Source of the DNA: Acidiferrobacteraceae bacterium | GTDB lineage: Bacteria > Pseudomonadota > Gammaproteobacteria > Acidiferrobacterales > SZUA-150 | Assembly (NCBI GenBank): GCA_003228915.1 | Contig: QIGL01000053.1 | Location: 291 to 64,290, forward strand | DNA length: 64,000 nt | Reading direction: 5' to 3' | Shown here: one piece after another, positions 19,766 through 29,334 of the stretch | Position numbering within the stretch: the stretch's first letter is position 1 | How the letters are laid out: every line of letters begins with the position of its first letter | Notes under the pieces: model-generated | The model's database searches: none | Seen by the model: the letters and a program-made list of their open reading frames with translations, nothing else | Told to the model about the DNA's origin: nothing | Program-made: the position numbers and the translations under genes

Positions 19766-20425
19766 ATGATAAACTGGAACCTGATTGATCTTGTACTCCT
19801 GGATATGGATGGCACACTGCTTGACCTGCATTTTGATAATCATTTCTGGCAGGAGCATGTACCAAAACGATTTGGTGAAAAAAATGGCCTCACACTTGCT
19901 ACGGCCAAATCTCAATTATCAGTAAAATATCGCAAAGCAGAGGGTTCACTGGACTGGTATTGTGTTGATTACTGGTCACGGGAACTGGAACTGGATATCG
20001 CGGCCCTGAAAGCCGAAATAAATCATTTGATTCGCATCCATCCCAACGTAATCAAATTTCTCGACCGCTTACGAAGTCACCAGATTAAAACCGTATTAGT
20101 GACAAATGCCCATCAAAAAAGCCTGGCGCTTAAAATGAATAAAACCCGGCTGGCTGGCCACATAGACAAAATAACCTGTGCCCATGATTTTGGTATGGCC
20201 AAGGAAACCACCGGGTTTTGGCAGATATATCAACAGAGCAACCCCTTTAACCCGGCGAGAACCCTGTTAATAGACGATAGTCTGCCAGTTTTAAAGACCG
20301 CACAGGAATATGGTATTGCCTACCTGCTTGGCATTCAGCGCCCGGACTCAAAAGCTGAAATAAAAAATTCGGGGGAATTTAAAGCTATTAAAGGGTTTCA
20401 TGAAATCATGCCAGAACCCGCTTAA
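19766..20425 (+). CDS. HAD-superfamily hydrolase (YrfG-type nucleotidase-like)
   Basis: DLVLLDMDGTLLD motif I, VTNA motif II, and IDDS motif. Confidence 0.7.
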   Translation: MINWNLIDLVLLDMDGTLLDLHFDNHFWQEHVPKRFGEKNGLTLATAKSQLSVKYRKAEGSLDWYCVDYWSRELELDIAALKAEINHLIRIHPNVIKFLDRLRSHQIKTVLVTNAHQKSLALKMNKTRLAGHIDKITCAHDFGMAKETTGFWQIYQQSNPFNPARTLLIDDSLPVLKTAQEYGIAYLLGIQRPDSKAEIKNSGEFKAIKGFHEIMPEPA

Positions 20426-20629
20426 AAATAGGTATTTGAAGCTTGAATAGTCCAATAACCCTAGTTTTTACCTAGATTAAAAAATGCTATTTTTTAATAG
20501 CTTAGGAGTGAAAGTTAATGTTAACTATTATTATACCTGAGTAAAATATATTGTTTTTATGGCATGCCAGTCCCGTTATAATCATTTCACCAACAACATC
20601 CTAATAACTTGGTAGTGGTAACAGGCAAT

Positions 20630-20881
20630 ATGAATTGGCTTAGAAAATCGAAACAGGAAATTCTGCTCCCCCCGACACCTGGCAACTGGTATGTGGACAA
20701 GACTGGCACATTATTTAAAGTGCGTGTATTGGCCTATGCCGAAGGTGAACTTCGTTATGCCGTCATTGATTATCCGCAAGGCCCGCGCCGAAAAGTGGCA
20801 ATCAAAGACTGGAATTCGTTAATATTCAGACTTAACGATAGCAAACGAAACAATAGTAGTCGCGAGCGCGAGCAGCTTTAA
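20630..20881 (+). CDS. Hypothetical small protein
   Basis: ORF with an ATG at 20630 (the track starts at TTG 20609). No recognisable motif. Confidence 0.4.
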   Translation: MNWLRKSKQEILLPPTPGNWYVDKTGTLFKVRVLAYAEGELRYAVIDYPQGPRRKVAIKDWNSLIFRLNDSKRNNSSREREQL

Positions 20882-21026
20882 TACCAAACCCGCTTCGTTG
20901 TCATGGCGCAGCAGTCTGTAATATTGTTTGGTTCGGGACAATCATCCTGAAATAATTTGCCTAAATGCTCTTTCTGGAATATTCTTTCCTGGTATTTTTA
21001 ATTGGTCGCACCACGGGAAATAATTA

Positions 21027-21455
21027 CTACCAACGCTCGAATCTTTTATCCCAGGTCTTGAATTTCTTCCTGCAATAAGTATCCAGGCTTTTATAGTCTT
21101 TAAATAACAGGTCAAAATCATCCTCGCCTGCTAATTGATCAAATTCACAATCTTCGTTTGAATGCTCGCGGCAAATTTGTGGTCGTACTTCGTAAATACC
21201 ACATCGCCCACCCGGCAATAAATGATCACAGGCGCCATTAATCAGCAAGAACCAGTCGCCCTCATCCTTGTATAACTGGAGATTCTGGTGCGAAATCTGC
21301 CACAAGAGGGTATCAAAGTCTTCCATAGACCTGGGTGTATCGATATGCTCCGTCACATATGTGCAACACTTTGCGCCGTGACAGAAAGTACATTTGTTTT
21401 CAGGTGTAATTGCCTGTTTATTACGTTCAATTTTTACGGGTATCGCTTTAGTCAT
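21027..21455 (-). CDS. Cysteine-cluster protein (YkgJ/UPF0153-like)
   Basis: CTFCHGAKCC plus a downstream CDH ... GGRCGIYEVRPQICREH pattern, typical of putative Fe/Zn-binding CxxCxxCC proteins. Confidence 0.5.
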   Translation of the reverse strand: MTKAIPVKIERNKQAITPENKCTFCHGAKCCTYVTEHIDTPRSMEDFDTLLWQISHQNLQLYKDEGDWFLLINGACDHLLPGGRCGIYEVRPQICREHSNEDCEFDQLAGEDDFDLLFKDYKSLDTYCRKKFKTWDKRFERW

Positions 21456-21545
21456 TGTATTTCCGTTAAACTCAAAAAATGTATTCTAGCAAATATTGAA
21501 ACGGGATACCGCAACAGGATTCATCCAGATAGATAAATACCTATA

Positions 21546-22403
21546 ATGATAGATATCAGTCTCGTAATCCCTACCTACAATCGGGCCTCATTGCTCAGGC
21601 GAGCGCTCGAATCTGTCGCCTTGCAAACGCAACTGCCTGACGAAATTATTGTTGTCGATGATGGGTCAACAGATGACACCGCTGAAATGATTAAAAAAGA
21701 ATTTCCCGGTGTTGTTTATATTCACCAAAATAATAGTGGCGTCAGTGCTGCCAGGAACATGGGTATTCGAGAAGCCAGTTACGAGTGGATTGCCCTTTTG
21801 GATTCGGATGATGAGTGGTTGCCTGAAAAGTTAACCTCCCAGGTTAGTGTTATCAAGCAGCAACCGAATGATACCTACCTTGTCCATAGTAACGAAACCT
21901 GGATTCGTAATGGAACCCGGGTTAACCAAATGGACAAGCATGAAAAATACGGCGGCTGGATTTTCGAACATTGTCTGTCCATGTGTGCGATTTCGCCTTC
22001 CTCGGCACTGATTAAAAGATCTTTGCTAAACGAAGCTGGGTTATTTGATGAGCAGTTACCTGCTTGCGAAGATTACGATATGTGGCTGAAAATTTGTGCT
22101 CGCTACCCGGTTGACTATTTGCCGCAACCATTGATAAAAAAATATGGTGGTCACGAGGATCAATTGTCCCGAAAATACTGGGGCATGGATCGCTTCAGGA
22201 TTAAGGCCCTGGTTAACCTGCTGGCTGGTAATTTATTAACCACTGAACAAACAAGTCTCGCGGTTACACAGTTGCAGACAAAAATCTCTATTTACCTGAA
22301 AGGGGCAATCAAAAGAAAGAAAAATGATGACATAAAATACTATTCATCATTACAAGCGACATATTCTACGGGGAAATATTGCCCTGGGCAGCTGGTATCG
22401 TAA
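21546..22403 (+). CDS. Family 2 glycosyltransferase
   Basis: LVIPTYNR, VVDDGSTDDT and LDSDDEW (DxD) motifs. Confidence 0.85.
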   Translation: MIDISLVIPTYNRASLLRRALESVALQTQLPDEIIVVDDGSTDDTAEMIKKEFPGVVYIHQNNSGVSAARNMGIREASYEWIALLDSDDEWLPEKLTSQVSVIKQQPNDTYLVHSNETWIRNGTRVNQMDKHEKYGGWIFEHCLSMCAISPSSALIKRSLLNEAGLFDEQLPACEDYDMWLKICARYPVDYLPQPLIKKYGGHEDQLSRKYWGMDRFRIKALVNLLAGNLLTTEQTSLAVTQLQTKISIYLKGAIKRKKNDDIKYYSSLQATYSTGKYCPGQLVS

Positions 22404-23225
22404 GTGATAAATATAGTATGTGCACTGAAATGCGAAGCCAGGCCACTCATTGATCATTATGGGTTACAGCCCAGGCCTGTCGACAATATCAAGCTCTATC
22501 AGAACACAAAAATAAATCTCGTAGTCTCGGGTGTTGGTGGCAAGGCGTGTGCATCAGCTGTTAAACGGTTAGCAGAATTCCAGGCACAACCGTCCGCCTG
22601 GTTAAATATTGGTATAGCGGGTCACGGTAAGCTAGCAATGGGTACGGGTAGATTGATCCATAAAATTACCGGTCCTGATGGTTTAAACTGGTATCCACCC
22701 AGCCTGGTTTTAAACATTGGTAATAAGTTAAGTAAAAATAAAATTGACTCAATTTCATTAATTACCGTAGATCAACCTGAGAAAAGCTATCCGGAAAACT
22801 GCGCCTACGATATGGAGGCAACTTATTTTTACCAGGCCGCGATCAATCACCAGACCAGTGAACTGGTACAATGTTACAAAATAATTTCTGATAATAATTG
22901 TTCGCCAACTGACAATATAAATGCTAAACAAGTCAGCATATTAATCGAGTCAAAACTACCTGATATTTATAATATAATAGAAGCGCTTATCTGTTTGCAT
23001 AAGCAATCGACCAGTAAATTGCCAGCAATCGATATTACCGACATGATTAACAACCATCATTTTTCGCATTACCAGAAGCTCCGCCTTGTTAAATTACTGG
23101 AACGATTGTCCCTGCTAACCAGCCAGGATAAAGTTAGCGACCTTGTTCCAAAATTGAAAAGTAGTAGTCAGGTGCTAACTTGGCTGGAAAATAAAATAAA
23201 AGAACTGCCTGTCAAACTCACTTAA
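22404..23225 (+). CDS. Nucleoside phosphorylase/nucleosidase-fold (PNP_UDP_1, MTAN-like) protein with a C-terminal helical extension
   Basis: IVCALKCEARPL, VVSGVGGKACASA, NIGIAGH and DMEA resemble the MTA/SAH nucleosidase-type fold. The GTG start abuts the GT2 stop. Confidence 0.55.
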   Translation: MINIVCALKCEARPLIDHYGLQPRPVDNIKLYQNTKINLVVSGVGGKACASAVKRLAEFQAQPSAWLNIGIAGHGKLAMGTGRLIHKITGPDGLNWYPPSLVLNIGNKLSKNKIDSISLITVDQPEKSYPENCAYDMEATYFYQAAINHQTSELVQCYKIISDNNCSPTDNINAKQVSILIESKLPDIYNIIEALICLHKQSTSKLPAIDITDMINNHHFSHYQKLRLVKLLERLSLLTSQDKVSDLVPKLKSSSQVLTWLENKIKELPVKLT

Positions 23226-23232
23226 CACCAGG

Positions 23233-24219
23233 ATGATCGATACCATCTACATTGAAGATTCAGTCAGGGACCATGCCCGGACTCGTGAGATCTGCAATCG
23301 ATATAAAGAAGCAAATATAATCTATTGCCAGCAATACACGGAAATATTCAATCGCAAGGCGCAGAACTTTCGCATCCAAAAACAAAACCCGGCATTAATA
23401 CTTGCCAGGAAGTTCAAAAACTTTGTCCTGGAAGCACCGGCATCCTATGGTATTGGCGGCGGCAAAAATTATTACTTTTCGCACATGTTAAATTGTCTTT
23501 ATGATTGTCGTTACTGTTTTTTACAGGGCATGTACCGATCTGCATATTACGTACTTTTTGTTAATTACGAAGATTTCCAGGACGGTATTACTGCCATAAC
23601 CAGCAAGCCTGGAGAAGAGGCCTGGTTTTTCACCGGCTATGATTGCGATAGCCTGGCGCTGGAACCTGTAACAGGTTTTATGGAATTTTTTTCACCATTT
23701 TTCAAAAAAAATACCGGTGCTAAATTTGAACTCAGAACCAAGAGTACCCAAATTTCGACACTACTTTCGCAAAGCCCGCTAGACAACTGTGTCGTTGCTT
23801 TCAGCTTATCACCAGATTCAATTGCCCGGGCTCTGGAACACCGGGCCCCCACCCTTGAAAAACGTATTAATGCCATCAGGAAATTACAACATGCCGGCTG
23901 GAAAATCGGTCTCCGCTTTGATCCTGTTATCTATATTGATGGGTACCAGGAGGTTTATAGTGATTTTTTCAAGGCTGTCTTTAGCAAAATTGATGCGCAA
24001 TCACTTCATTCTGTAAGTCTCGGTACTTTTCGTCTGCCCAAAACTTATTTTAAAAATATCAAGAAGATTTTCCCGGATGAATTATTATTTGCCGGTCCAT
24101 TGGAAAATATTTCTGGCATGGTAAGCTATGAGAAGGAGCTTGAGACTCAACTTTTGAAGTTTTGTGAATCAAACATACGCGATTATATTTCTGATAAAAT
24201 TTATTTTCCTTGCACATAA
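23233..24219 (+). CDS. Radical SAM enzyme of the spore-photoproduct-lyase (SplB / COG1533) family
   Basis: CLYDCRYC (CX3CX2C) at residues 88/92/95. Overall length is 328 aa, and the IYIE... N-terminus is as in SPL-type proteins. Confidence 0.7.
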   Translation: MIDTIYIEDSVRDHARTREICNRYKEANIIYCQQYTEIFNRKAQNFRIQKQNPALILARKFKNFVLEAPASYGIGGGKNYYFSHMLNCLYDCRYCFLQGMYRSAYYVLFVNYEDFQDGITAITSKPGEEAWFFTGYDCDSLALEPVTGFMEFFSPFFKKNTGAKFELRTKSTQISTLLSQSPLDNCVVAFSLSPDSIARALEHRAPTLEKRINAIRKLQHAGWKIGLRFDPVIYIDGYQEVYSDFFKAVFSKIDAQSLHSVSLGTFRLPKTYFKNIKKIFPDELLFAGPLENISGMVSYEKELETQLLKFCESNIRDYISDKIYFPCT

Positions 24220-24228
24220 GTAAATGAA

Positions 24229-24945
24229 ATGTTGAAAACTGATAGTCATATTCTGGTTACGGGCGCCAGCAAGGGGATTGGTCGTGCTATCTCGGATGAG
24301 TTGTGCACATCAGGATACAATGTCACAGGCATTGCCAGGAATTTTTCTGAAAAACAAACAGAACTACCCGGCTTCAAACCTTACAAAATTGATCTTGGCG
24401 ATCTTGATAAGTTACCCGCCAGACTCGAGGAAATAAAAAGTAGTGGATTCATGCCGTCGGCACTCATTCTCAATGCAGGCATGGGCCTGTTTGGATCCCT
24501 TGAAGAATATTCATACCAGCAAATTAATTCCCTTATGAATGTTAATTTCACCAGCCATGCCTACATAACACGATGTTTTCTGCCAGTTATGAAACGGGCA
24601 GGTCTTGGAAATATTATTTTTATTGGTTCCGATGCGGGCCTGCGCGGTAGCAAAAAAGGCAGCATCTACTGCGCCTCAAAATTTGCATTGCGTGGATTTT
24701 CCCAGGCCTTGCGCGCCGAGTGCGCCAGGTCTGGTATCGGTGTTACAATTATTAATCCGGGCATGGTTAAAACCGACTTTTACAAAGATCTTGATTTTGA
24801 ACCCGGTAAGGAAAATAATAATAGCATCAATATTGATGCTATTGTCGACTGCATAAAACTAATTCTTGCTAATGGTGGCAACACGGTCATAGATGAAATT
24901 AACCTCTCGCCTCTGAAACACGTTATCCATTTTAAAAACAAGTAA
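24229..24945 (+). CDS. Short-chain dehydrogenase/reductase
   Basis: VTGASKGIGRA cofactor motif and YCASKFA catalytic YxxxK. Confidence 0.85.
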   Translation: MLKTDSHILVTGASKGIGRAISDELCTSGYNVTGIARNFSEKQTELPGFKPYKIDLGDLDKLPARLEEIKSSGFMPSALILNAGMGLFGSLEEYSYQQINSLMNVNFTSHAYITRCFLPVMKRAGLGNIIFIGSDAGLRGSKKGSIYCASKFALRGFSQALRAECARSGIGVTIINPGMVKTDFYKDLDFEPGKENNNSINIDAIVDCIKLILANGGNTVIDEINLSPLKHVIHFKNK

Positions 24946-25004
24946 TGTGTGTATAATTTGAGGAATCATTTCAGGTACATTAATTCCCTATTGGAGGTAA
25001 ATAC

Positions 25005-25607
25005 ATGCGTCCATTTCTTATTTTAACTGCTGTTTATCTGTCTCTCGTATCATGCCAGACAGCCACAATCTCTACTGGTAATGTTGCAGTGAGTTACAGT
25101 AATTATCCATTAAATATCTCCCCGGGCCTAAAACTCAAGCTCAATAGGGCTATTGTAATACCTGGCGAAACGGCAAGTCTGCATATTCAGGATGGTGAAC
25201 CAAAGCCACAACAGCTTAACCCGGTCGAGAATTACCGGCCTTATTGTGTTCTTAACGTCAGGAACCGGATGGCCGCAACGCAAACCATCAACCCGGATAC
25301 TTTTACCATCACTCGTGTTTTCCTTAATGAAGAACTTGTTTCTCTACCTGTTAAGTTTGCAAGTCTTACTATGACAGCTGGTTACCCTGGGCTCTATTTA
25401 GGAGCGGGCGGTTACACCGCAGTGTCCTATGTTACAGAAATTTACCTGGAGTCCAGCACACAACCCGATGTTGTCAGTCTGGATTGCAAACAATGGGACG
25501 ACCCGGCGATGGGCGCTCACTTGACCTTGCAGGAAATTAAACTGGCGCTAGGTGAACTTTTTACAATTCAACCTGAAATACCATTAACGGAAACTTCAGG
25601 GAATTAA
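25005..25607 (+). CDS. Lipoprotein of unknown function
   Basis: Signal peptide with lipobox LVSC. No other motif. Confidence 0.55.
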   Translation: MRPFLILTAVYLSLVSCQTATISTGNVAVSYSNYPLNISPGLKLKLNRAIVIPGETASLHIQDGEPKPQQLNPVENYRPYCVLNVRNRMAATQTINPDTFTITRVFLNEELVSLPVKFASLTMTAGYPGLYLGAGGYTAVSYVTEIYLESSTQPDVVSLDCKQWDDPAMGAHLTLQEIKLALGELFTIQPEIPLTETSGN

Positions 25608-25642
25608 TCAAAGAAAAATTTTAATCCCTGGCCCGTAACAGG

Positions 25643-25984
25643 TTAGCCTTGCTGCTGGGCCTGGCTCCTGGTCAATACATCAAATAAATCAGAATTCTCA
25701 TCTGCTGTGGCTCTGGCGACTTCTGCTTGTTGACATTTAATTTTTCTTTGGCGCAAGTAATTTGGTACCCGAGCCGGTAACCAGGAAATCTTTGGTTGTA
25801 ATAACGATTTATTTGGCGTCATTGCAATACGCAACCCTAAAACAATCTCGGGCGATTCTCCCAGAATTTCCGGGTACTCATTACGCAATAGGGAATATTG
25901 CTCGTGTGTGAGGAACAGGGTATTGGGTCGGCGTCCGTGTCGACGTTCAAAAGCCTGCGCGCGGTGCAGAATTTCAGTCAACAT
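25643..25984 (-). CDS. Hypothetical protein
   Basis: 113-aa ORF. No motif recognised. Confidence 0.35.
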   Translation of the reverse strand: MLTEILHRAQAFERRHGRRPNTLFLTHEQYSLLRNEYPEILGESPEIVLGLRIAMTPNKSLLQPKISWLPARVPNYLRQRKIKCQQAEVARATADENSDLFDVLTRSQAQQQG

Positions 25985-26155
25985 AATAGCGTTCCTTTAG
26001 TCCATGTCTTACTTCCAAGTATAGACTATTTCGGGAGACTTGCTGTTGACCATAAAACTACTGGTTACCGCTCAATACCTTGAATCACCCTGAACTATGT
26101 TAGCTATGCTGTTGATTAATTAATATATAATTAGTAAGAAATAATTTTTTTTATT

Positions 26156-27346
26156 TTAATTTTCTGACCAGATGACCTGACGGTTATTTTTTAACTTTAA
26201 CCATGCTATCGAAAATACTACGATGGTGAGAAGTGGCAAGACACTGTAATTAATAATTAACCATCCAAAATTATTGTGAATTGCACCAGCGCATAAGGCC
26301 GCGAAACTAACGTTCGAGAAAATTAAAAAATCATTAAGCGCCTGGGCCTTAGACTTTTCTGACTCTGTATAAGTTTCGGTGAGTAGAGTAGTTCCCCCTA
26401 CAAATAGAAAATTCCAGCCAATGCCCAAAAGAAAAAGTCCGGTCCAGTAATGCGCAAGAGAGTTACCGCTCGTATTCAAAGCAATACAAGCAAATATTAA
26501 CATTACACCTGCAAGCATAATATTTAATAAACCAAACTTTTCAATGAGTTTACCGGTTACAAATGAGGGCGCATACATGGCAAATATGTGCCACTGGATA
26601 ACAAAAGCAGTATCGGTAAAATTATGTCTGCTGGCATGCATTGCCAAAGATGTGGCAGTCATGATGAGAGACATGGCGCCAAAACCTGCCAATACACTAA
26701 GCACGGCAATAATGTATGCGGGTTGCCTGGCAATAACCCATATTGAACGGGCATTTTTGTTGTCCCATTCCTCGCCCACCTGTTTAATGTCAAGAAATAA
26801 CAATAGCAACATTGCCATAATAAAAACTGCGACCAACGATACATAACTGCCTGTAAAGGCCGCGCTTCCTATTAGATCCCTGGTCCAGCTTGCCATGTTA
26901 GGGCCAATAAATGCTGCAATTACACCTCCCGCAAGTACCAGGGAAATGGCTCTGGATCGTCGATCAACCGCGACACCGTCTGCTGCTGCAAAACGGTAGT
27001 AACCACCAAAGCCGTTTGATACGCCAAATAATGTGACACCAATACTGTACAACACGAAATCCATTTTCAGGATGGCCCATGATGAAATGATTGCCCCCAG
27101 TATCCCGAAACATACACCGATCATAAATCCGTTGCGCCGGCCAATCCGTTTCATCAATATTGATGCCGGAATGGTTGTAACCATGGCACCCAGGAATACC
27201 ATGGCAAGCGGAATGGTCGCCATGGACTTGTTTTCTGCCAGGGCAAACCCAACCAGGGCCGAGGTGGTTACCAACAAGGAATTGGCTGTCATCATCAAAC
27301 CCTGGCAGGTAGCCAGGATGGTTAAATTTTTATTGTCTTTGGTCAT
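26156..27346 (-). CDS. MFS transporter
   Basis: About 12 hydrophobic segments and a MKRIGRRNG loop 2-3 motif. Confidence 0.8.
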   Translation of the reverse strand: MTKDNKNLTILATCQGLMMTANSLLVTTSALVGFALAENKSMATIPLAMVFLGAMVTTIPASILMKRIGRRNGFMIGVCFGILGAIISSWAILKMDFVLYSIGVTLFGVSNGFGGYYRFAAADGVAVDRRSRAISLVLAGGVIAAFIGPNMASWTRDLIGSAAFTGSYVSLVAVFIMAMLLLLFLDIKQVGEEWDNKNARSIWVIARQPAYIIAVLSVLAGFGAMSLIMTATSLAMHASRHNFTDTAFVIQWHIFAMYAPSFVTGKLIEKFGLLNIMLAGVMLIFACIALNTSGNSLAHYWTGLFLLGIGWNFLFVGGTTLLTETYTESEKSKAQALNDFLIFSNVSFAALCAGAIHNNFGWLIINYSVLPLLTIVVFSIAWLKLKNNRQVIWSEN

Positions 27347-27556
27347 CCAAATAATAAATCAGGAAATCAGGCTAGAAAATGCATAAACTGTTAAATAATT
27401 GAATATTAATCCTGCCCATCATAGAGACGGGTAACGGACTTTGATACAAAAAAAGTTGCTGAAGTTATATAATTGATGATCATGGCCTAACAGATACAGT
27501 TTTCAATATAAAATTTCAGGGTAATAACCAGTTAACTAATTGTTCGGGATAAGCCA

Positions 27557-28207
27557 ATGCGAAAAATAATGATACTTAATGCCAAGGGCGGTTGCGGTAA
27601 AAGCACCATCGCGACCAACTTGGCCAGTTATTATGCAGTCGAGAATAAAAAGGTGGTACTGGCGGATTTTGATCCACAGTTGTCCAGCCTTGGATGGCTC
27701 GATGCCAGGAATAAGGATCCTAATTGGGAATACCCCGAAATAACCGGCCTGGATGCAGCTAATAAAACTCCAACTGTCCCGAACGATACTGATATTCTCG
27801 TGATGGATGCACCGGCCCGCATTCACGGCAAGGAAATGAGCAATCTTTTACGCAGAACTGAAACCCTGCTCGTGCCCGTATTACCATCGCCAGTAGATAT
27901 CAGGGCCGCCACAAAATTTATCCACCAACTCATGTTAACAGGGAGGGTATCCAGCAAACAATCCAGGATTGCGGTGATCGCCAACCGGGTCAAGGAAAAT
28001 ACACTAATCTACCAAACTCTATTAACGTTTCTAAACAGCCTCAGAATTCCAGTGATCGCCTGTCTCAGGGACAGCCAGAATTACATTCGTGCTGCTGAAA
28101 AGGGTGTGGGAATTTTTGAAATGGCACCCTCTGCCGTTTATACCGATCTCGAGCAATGGGAACCACTGCTAAAATGGTTAAAGGGCCGGGCCAGCAGGCC
28201 AAAATAG
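27557..28207 (+). CDS. ParA/MinD-family P-loop ATPase (orphan)
   Basis: Deviant Walker A ILNAKGGCGKST and a Walker B-like ILVMDAP. No parB partner is visible. Confidence 0.8.
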   Translation: MRKIMILNAKGGCGKSTIATNLASYYAVENKKVVLADFDPQLSSLGWLDARNKDPNWEYPEITGLDAANKTPTVPNDTDILVMDAPARIHGKEMSNLLRRTETLLVPVLPSPVDIRAATKFIHQLMLTGRVSSKQSRIAVIANRVKENTLIYQTLLTFLNSLRIPVIACLRDSQNYIRAAEKGVGIFEMAPSAVYTDLEQWEPLLKWLKGRASRPK

Positions 28208-28275
28208 GTTCTGATTTTAACCAATAATAATTTTTAGATAGATAACATAAGTCACTGTAATAATTAAGTAAGTCT

Positions 28276-28315
28276 TTTTATAAGTGGCCTATCCCGGAAA
28301 AATTCACTTATAAAA
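28276..28315. repeat. Perfect 11-bp inverted repeat with an 18-nt spacer upstream of the cNMP-GGDEF gene
   Basis: TTTTATAAGTG (28276-28286) and CACTTATAAAA (28305-28315). Confidence 0.7.
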
Positions 28316-28371
28316 TGTACCCGAATGTGGCACAATTCGTTACCAAGAAAATTTAACCTTCAGGAATATGG

Positions 28372-29325
28372 ATGCAGTTAGCAACAACCCCAAAAGATCT
28401 GACAAACCTGGCTTTATTTCGTGGCGAGAGCCCGGACACACTGGAGTGGTTGCTGGATTATGCTGAGCAGAAAAACGTCAATGCAGGAGAGGTCCTGCTA
28501 GCGCCTGGCGAGACCAACGAGCACCTGCTCCTGATACTTGATGGCAGCGTCCGGATTCAGCTTGAGCCTAATGATGAAAAAGTACTTGCTCACTTACAGG
28601 CTGGTCAATGCATTGGTGAGATGTCTATTATTGAGCACGAGAAAGTATCCGCATACGCGATTGCCGATACCGATTGCAAATTATTAAAAATTGAAGGCAC
28701 GATCCTGTGGTCTTTGATTAACCGTTCTCATGCCATTGCCTGCAATTTATTATTTATTCTTTCTTCCCGGGTTAGAAAAAACAACCACATGGTTATTGAA
28801 AGCCTGAACCAACAAAGGATTTATGAAGAATTTTCGAAAATAGATGTATTGACCAATCTCCATAATCGTCGCTGGTTAGACGAAACGATGGACGGTATTA
28901 TTGATCGTTGCCGTATTAACAGCGAACCCCTTAGTGTTGTTATGATTGATGTTGACCATTTTAAAAAATACAATGATGAAAATGGTCATCTTGCAGGTGA
29001 TATGGCGTTAAGAGCGGTATCAAATTCTATTCAGGAATTTTTACGTCCTAATGATGGTGCCGCCAGGTTTGGTGGTGAAGAATTTGTAATCCTGCTGCCA
29101 AATACTAATTTAAAATCTGCCAAAATCGTCGCTGAAAGATTAAGGAGTGGCGTTAGTAGCACAAGTATTTTCGACAGCAATAACTCGGCTTTACCGGGCG
29201 TTACTGTTTCTGTGGGCGTTACTTCCATGGAACCAAACCAGTCAGTCGAAGAACTCCTCGCCAGCGCCGATTCAGCACTCTACCGCGCCAAAAACAGCGG
29301 TAGGGACTGTGTTGTTCTTTGTTGA
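28372..29325 (+). CDS. Cyclic-nucleotide-binding domain / GGDEF diguanylate cyclase
   Basis: N-terminal cNMP-binding fold (GQCIGEMS) and a C-terminal GGDEF domain with GGEEF. Confidence 0.85.
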   Translation: MQLATTPKDLTNLALFRGESPDTLEWLLDYAEQKNVNAGEVLLAPGETNEHLLLILDGSVRIQLEPNDEKVLAHLQAGQCIGEMSIIEHEKVSAYAIADTDCKLLKIEGTILWSLINRSHAIACNLLFILSSRVRKNNHMVIESLNQQRIYEEFSKIDVLTNLHNRRWLDETMDGIIDRCRINSEPLSVVMIDVDHFKKYNDENGHLAGDMALRAVSNSIQEFLRPNDGAARFGGEEFVILLPNTNLKSAKIVAERLRSGVSSTSIFDSNNSALPGVTVSVGVTSMEPNQSVEELLASADSALYRAKNSGRDCVVLC

Positions 29326-29334
29326 TTAATATTC

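Noticed and set aside
20518-20544. 8-codon mini-ORF MLTIIIPE with an AGGAG upstream, as an Ile-type attenuation leader peptide
   Set aside because: The downstream gene is a small hypothetical protein, not an amino-acid biosynthesis or tRNA-synthetase gene. I see no alternative terminator/antiterminator hairpins.
21546-24219. GT2 + nucleosidase + radical SAM interpreted as hopanoid side-chain genes hpnI/hpnG/hpnH
   Set aside because: The radical SAM motif sits at residues 88-95 as in SPL-type enzymes rather than near the N-terminus as I recall for HpnH. The GT2 is soluble-looking, and no squalene-hopene cyclase or other hpn genes are in the window.
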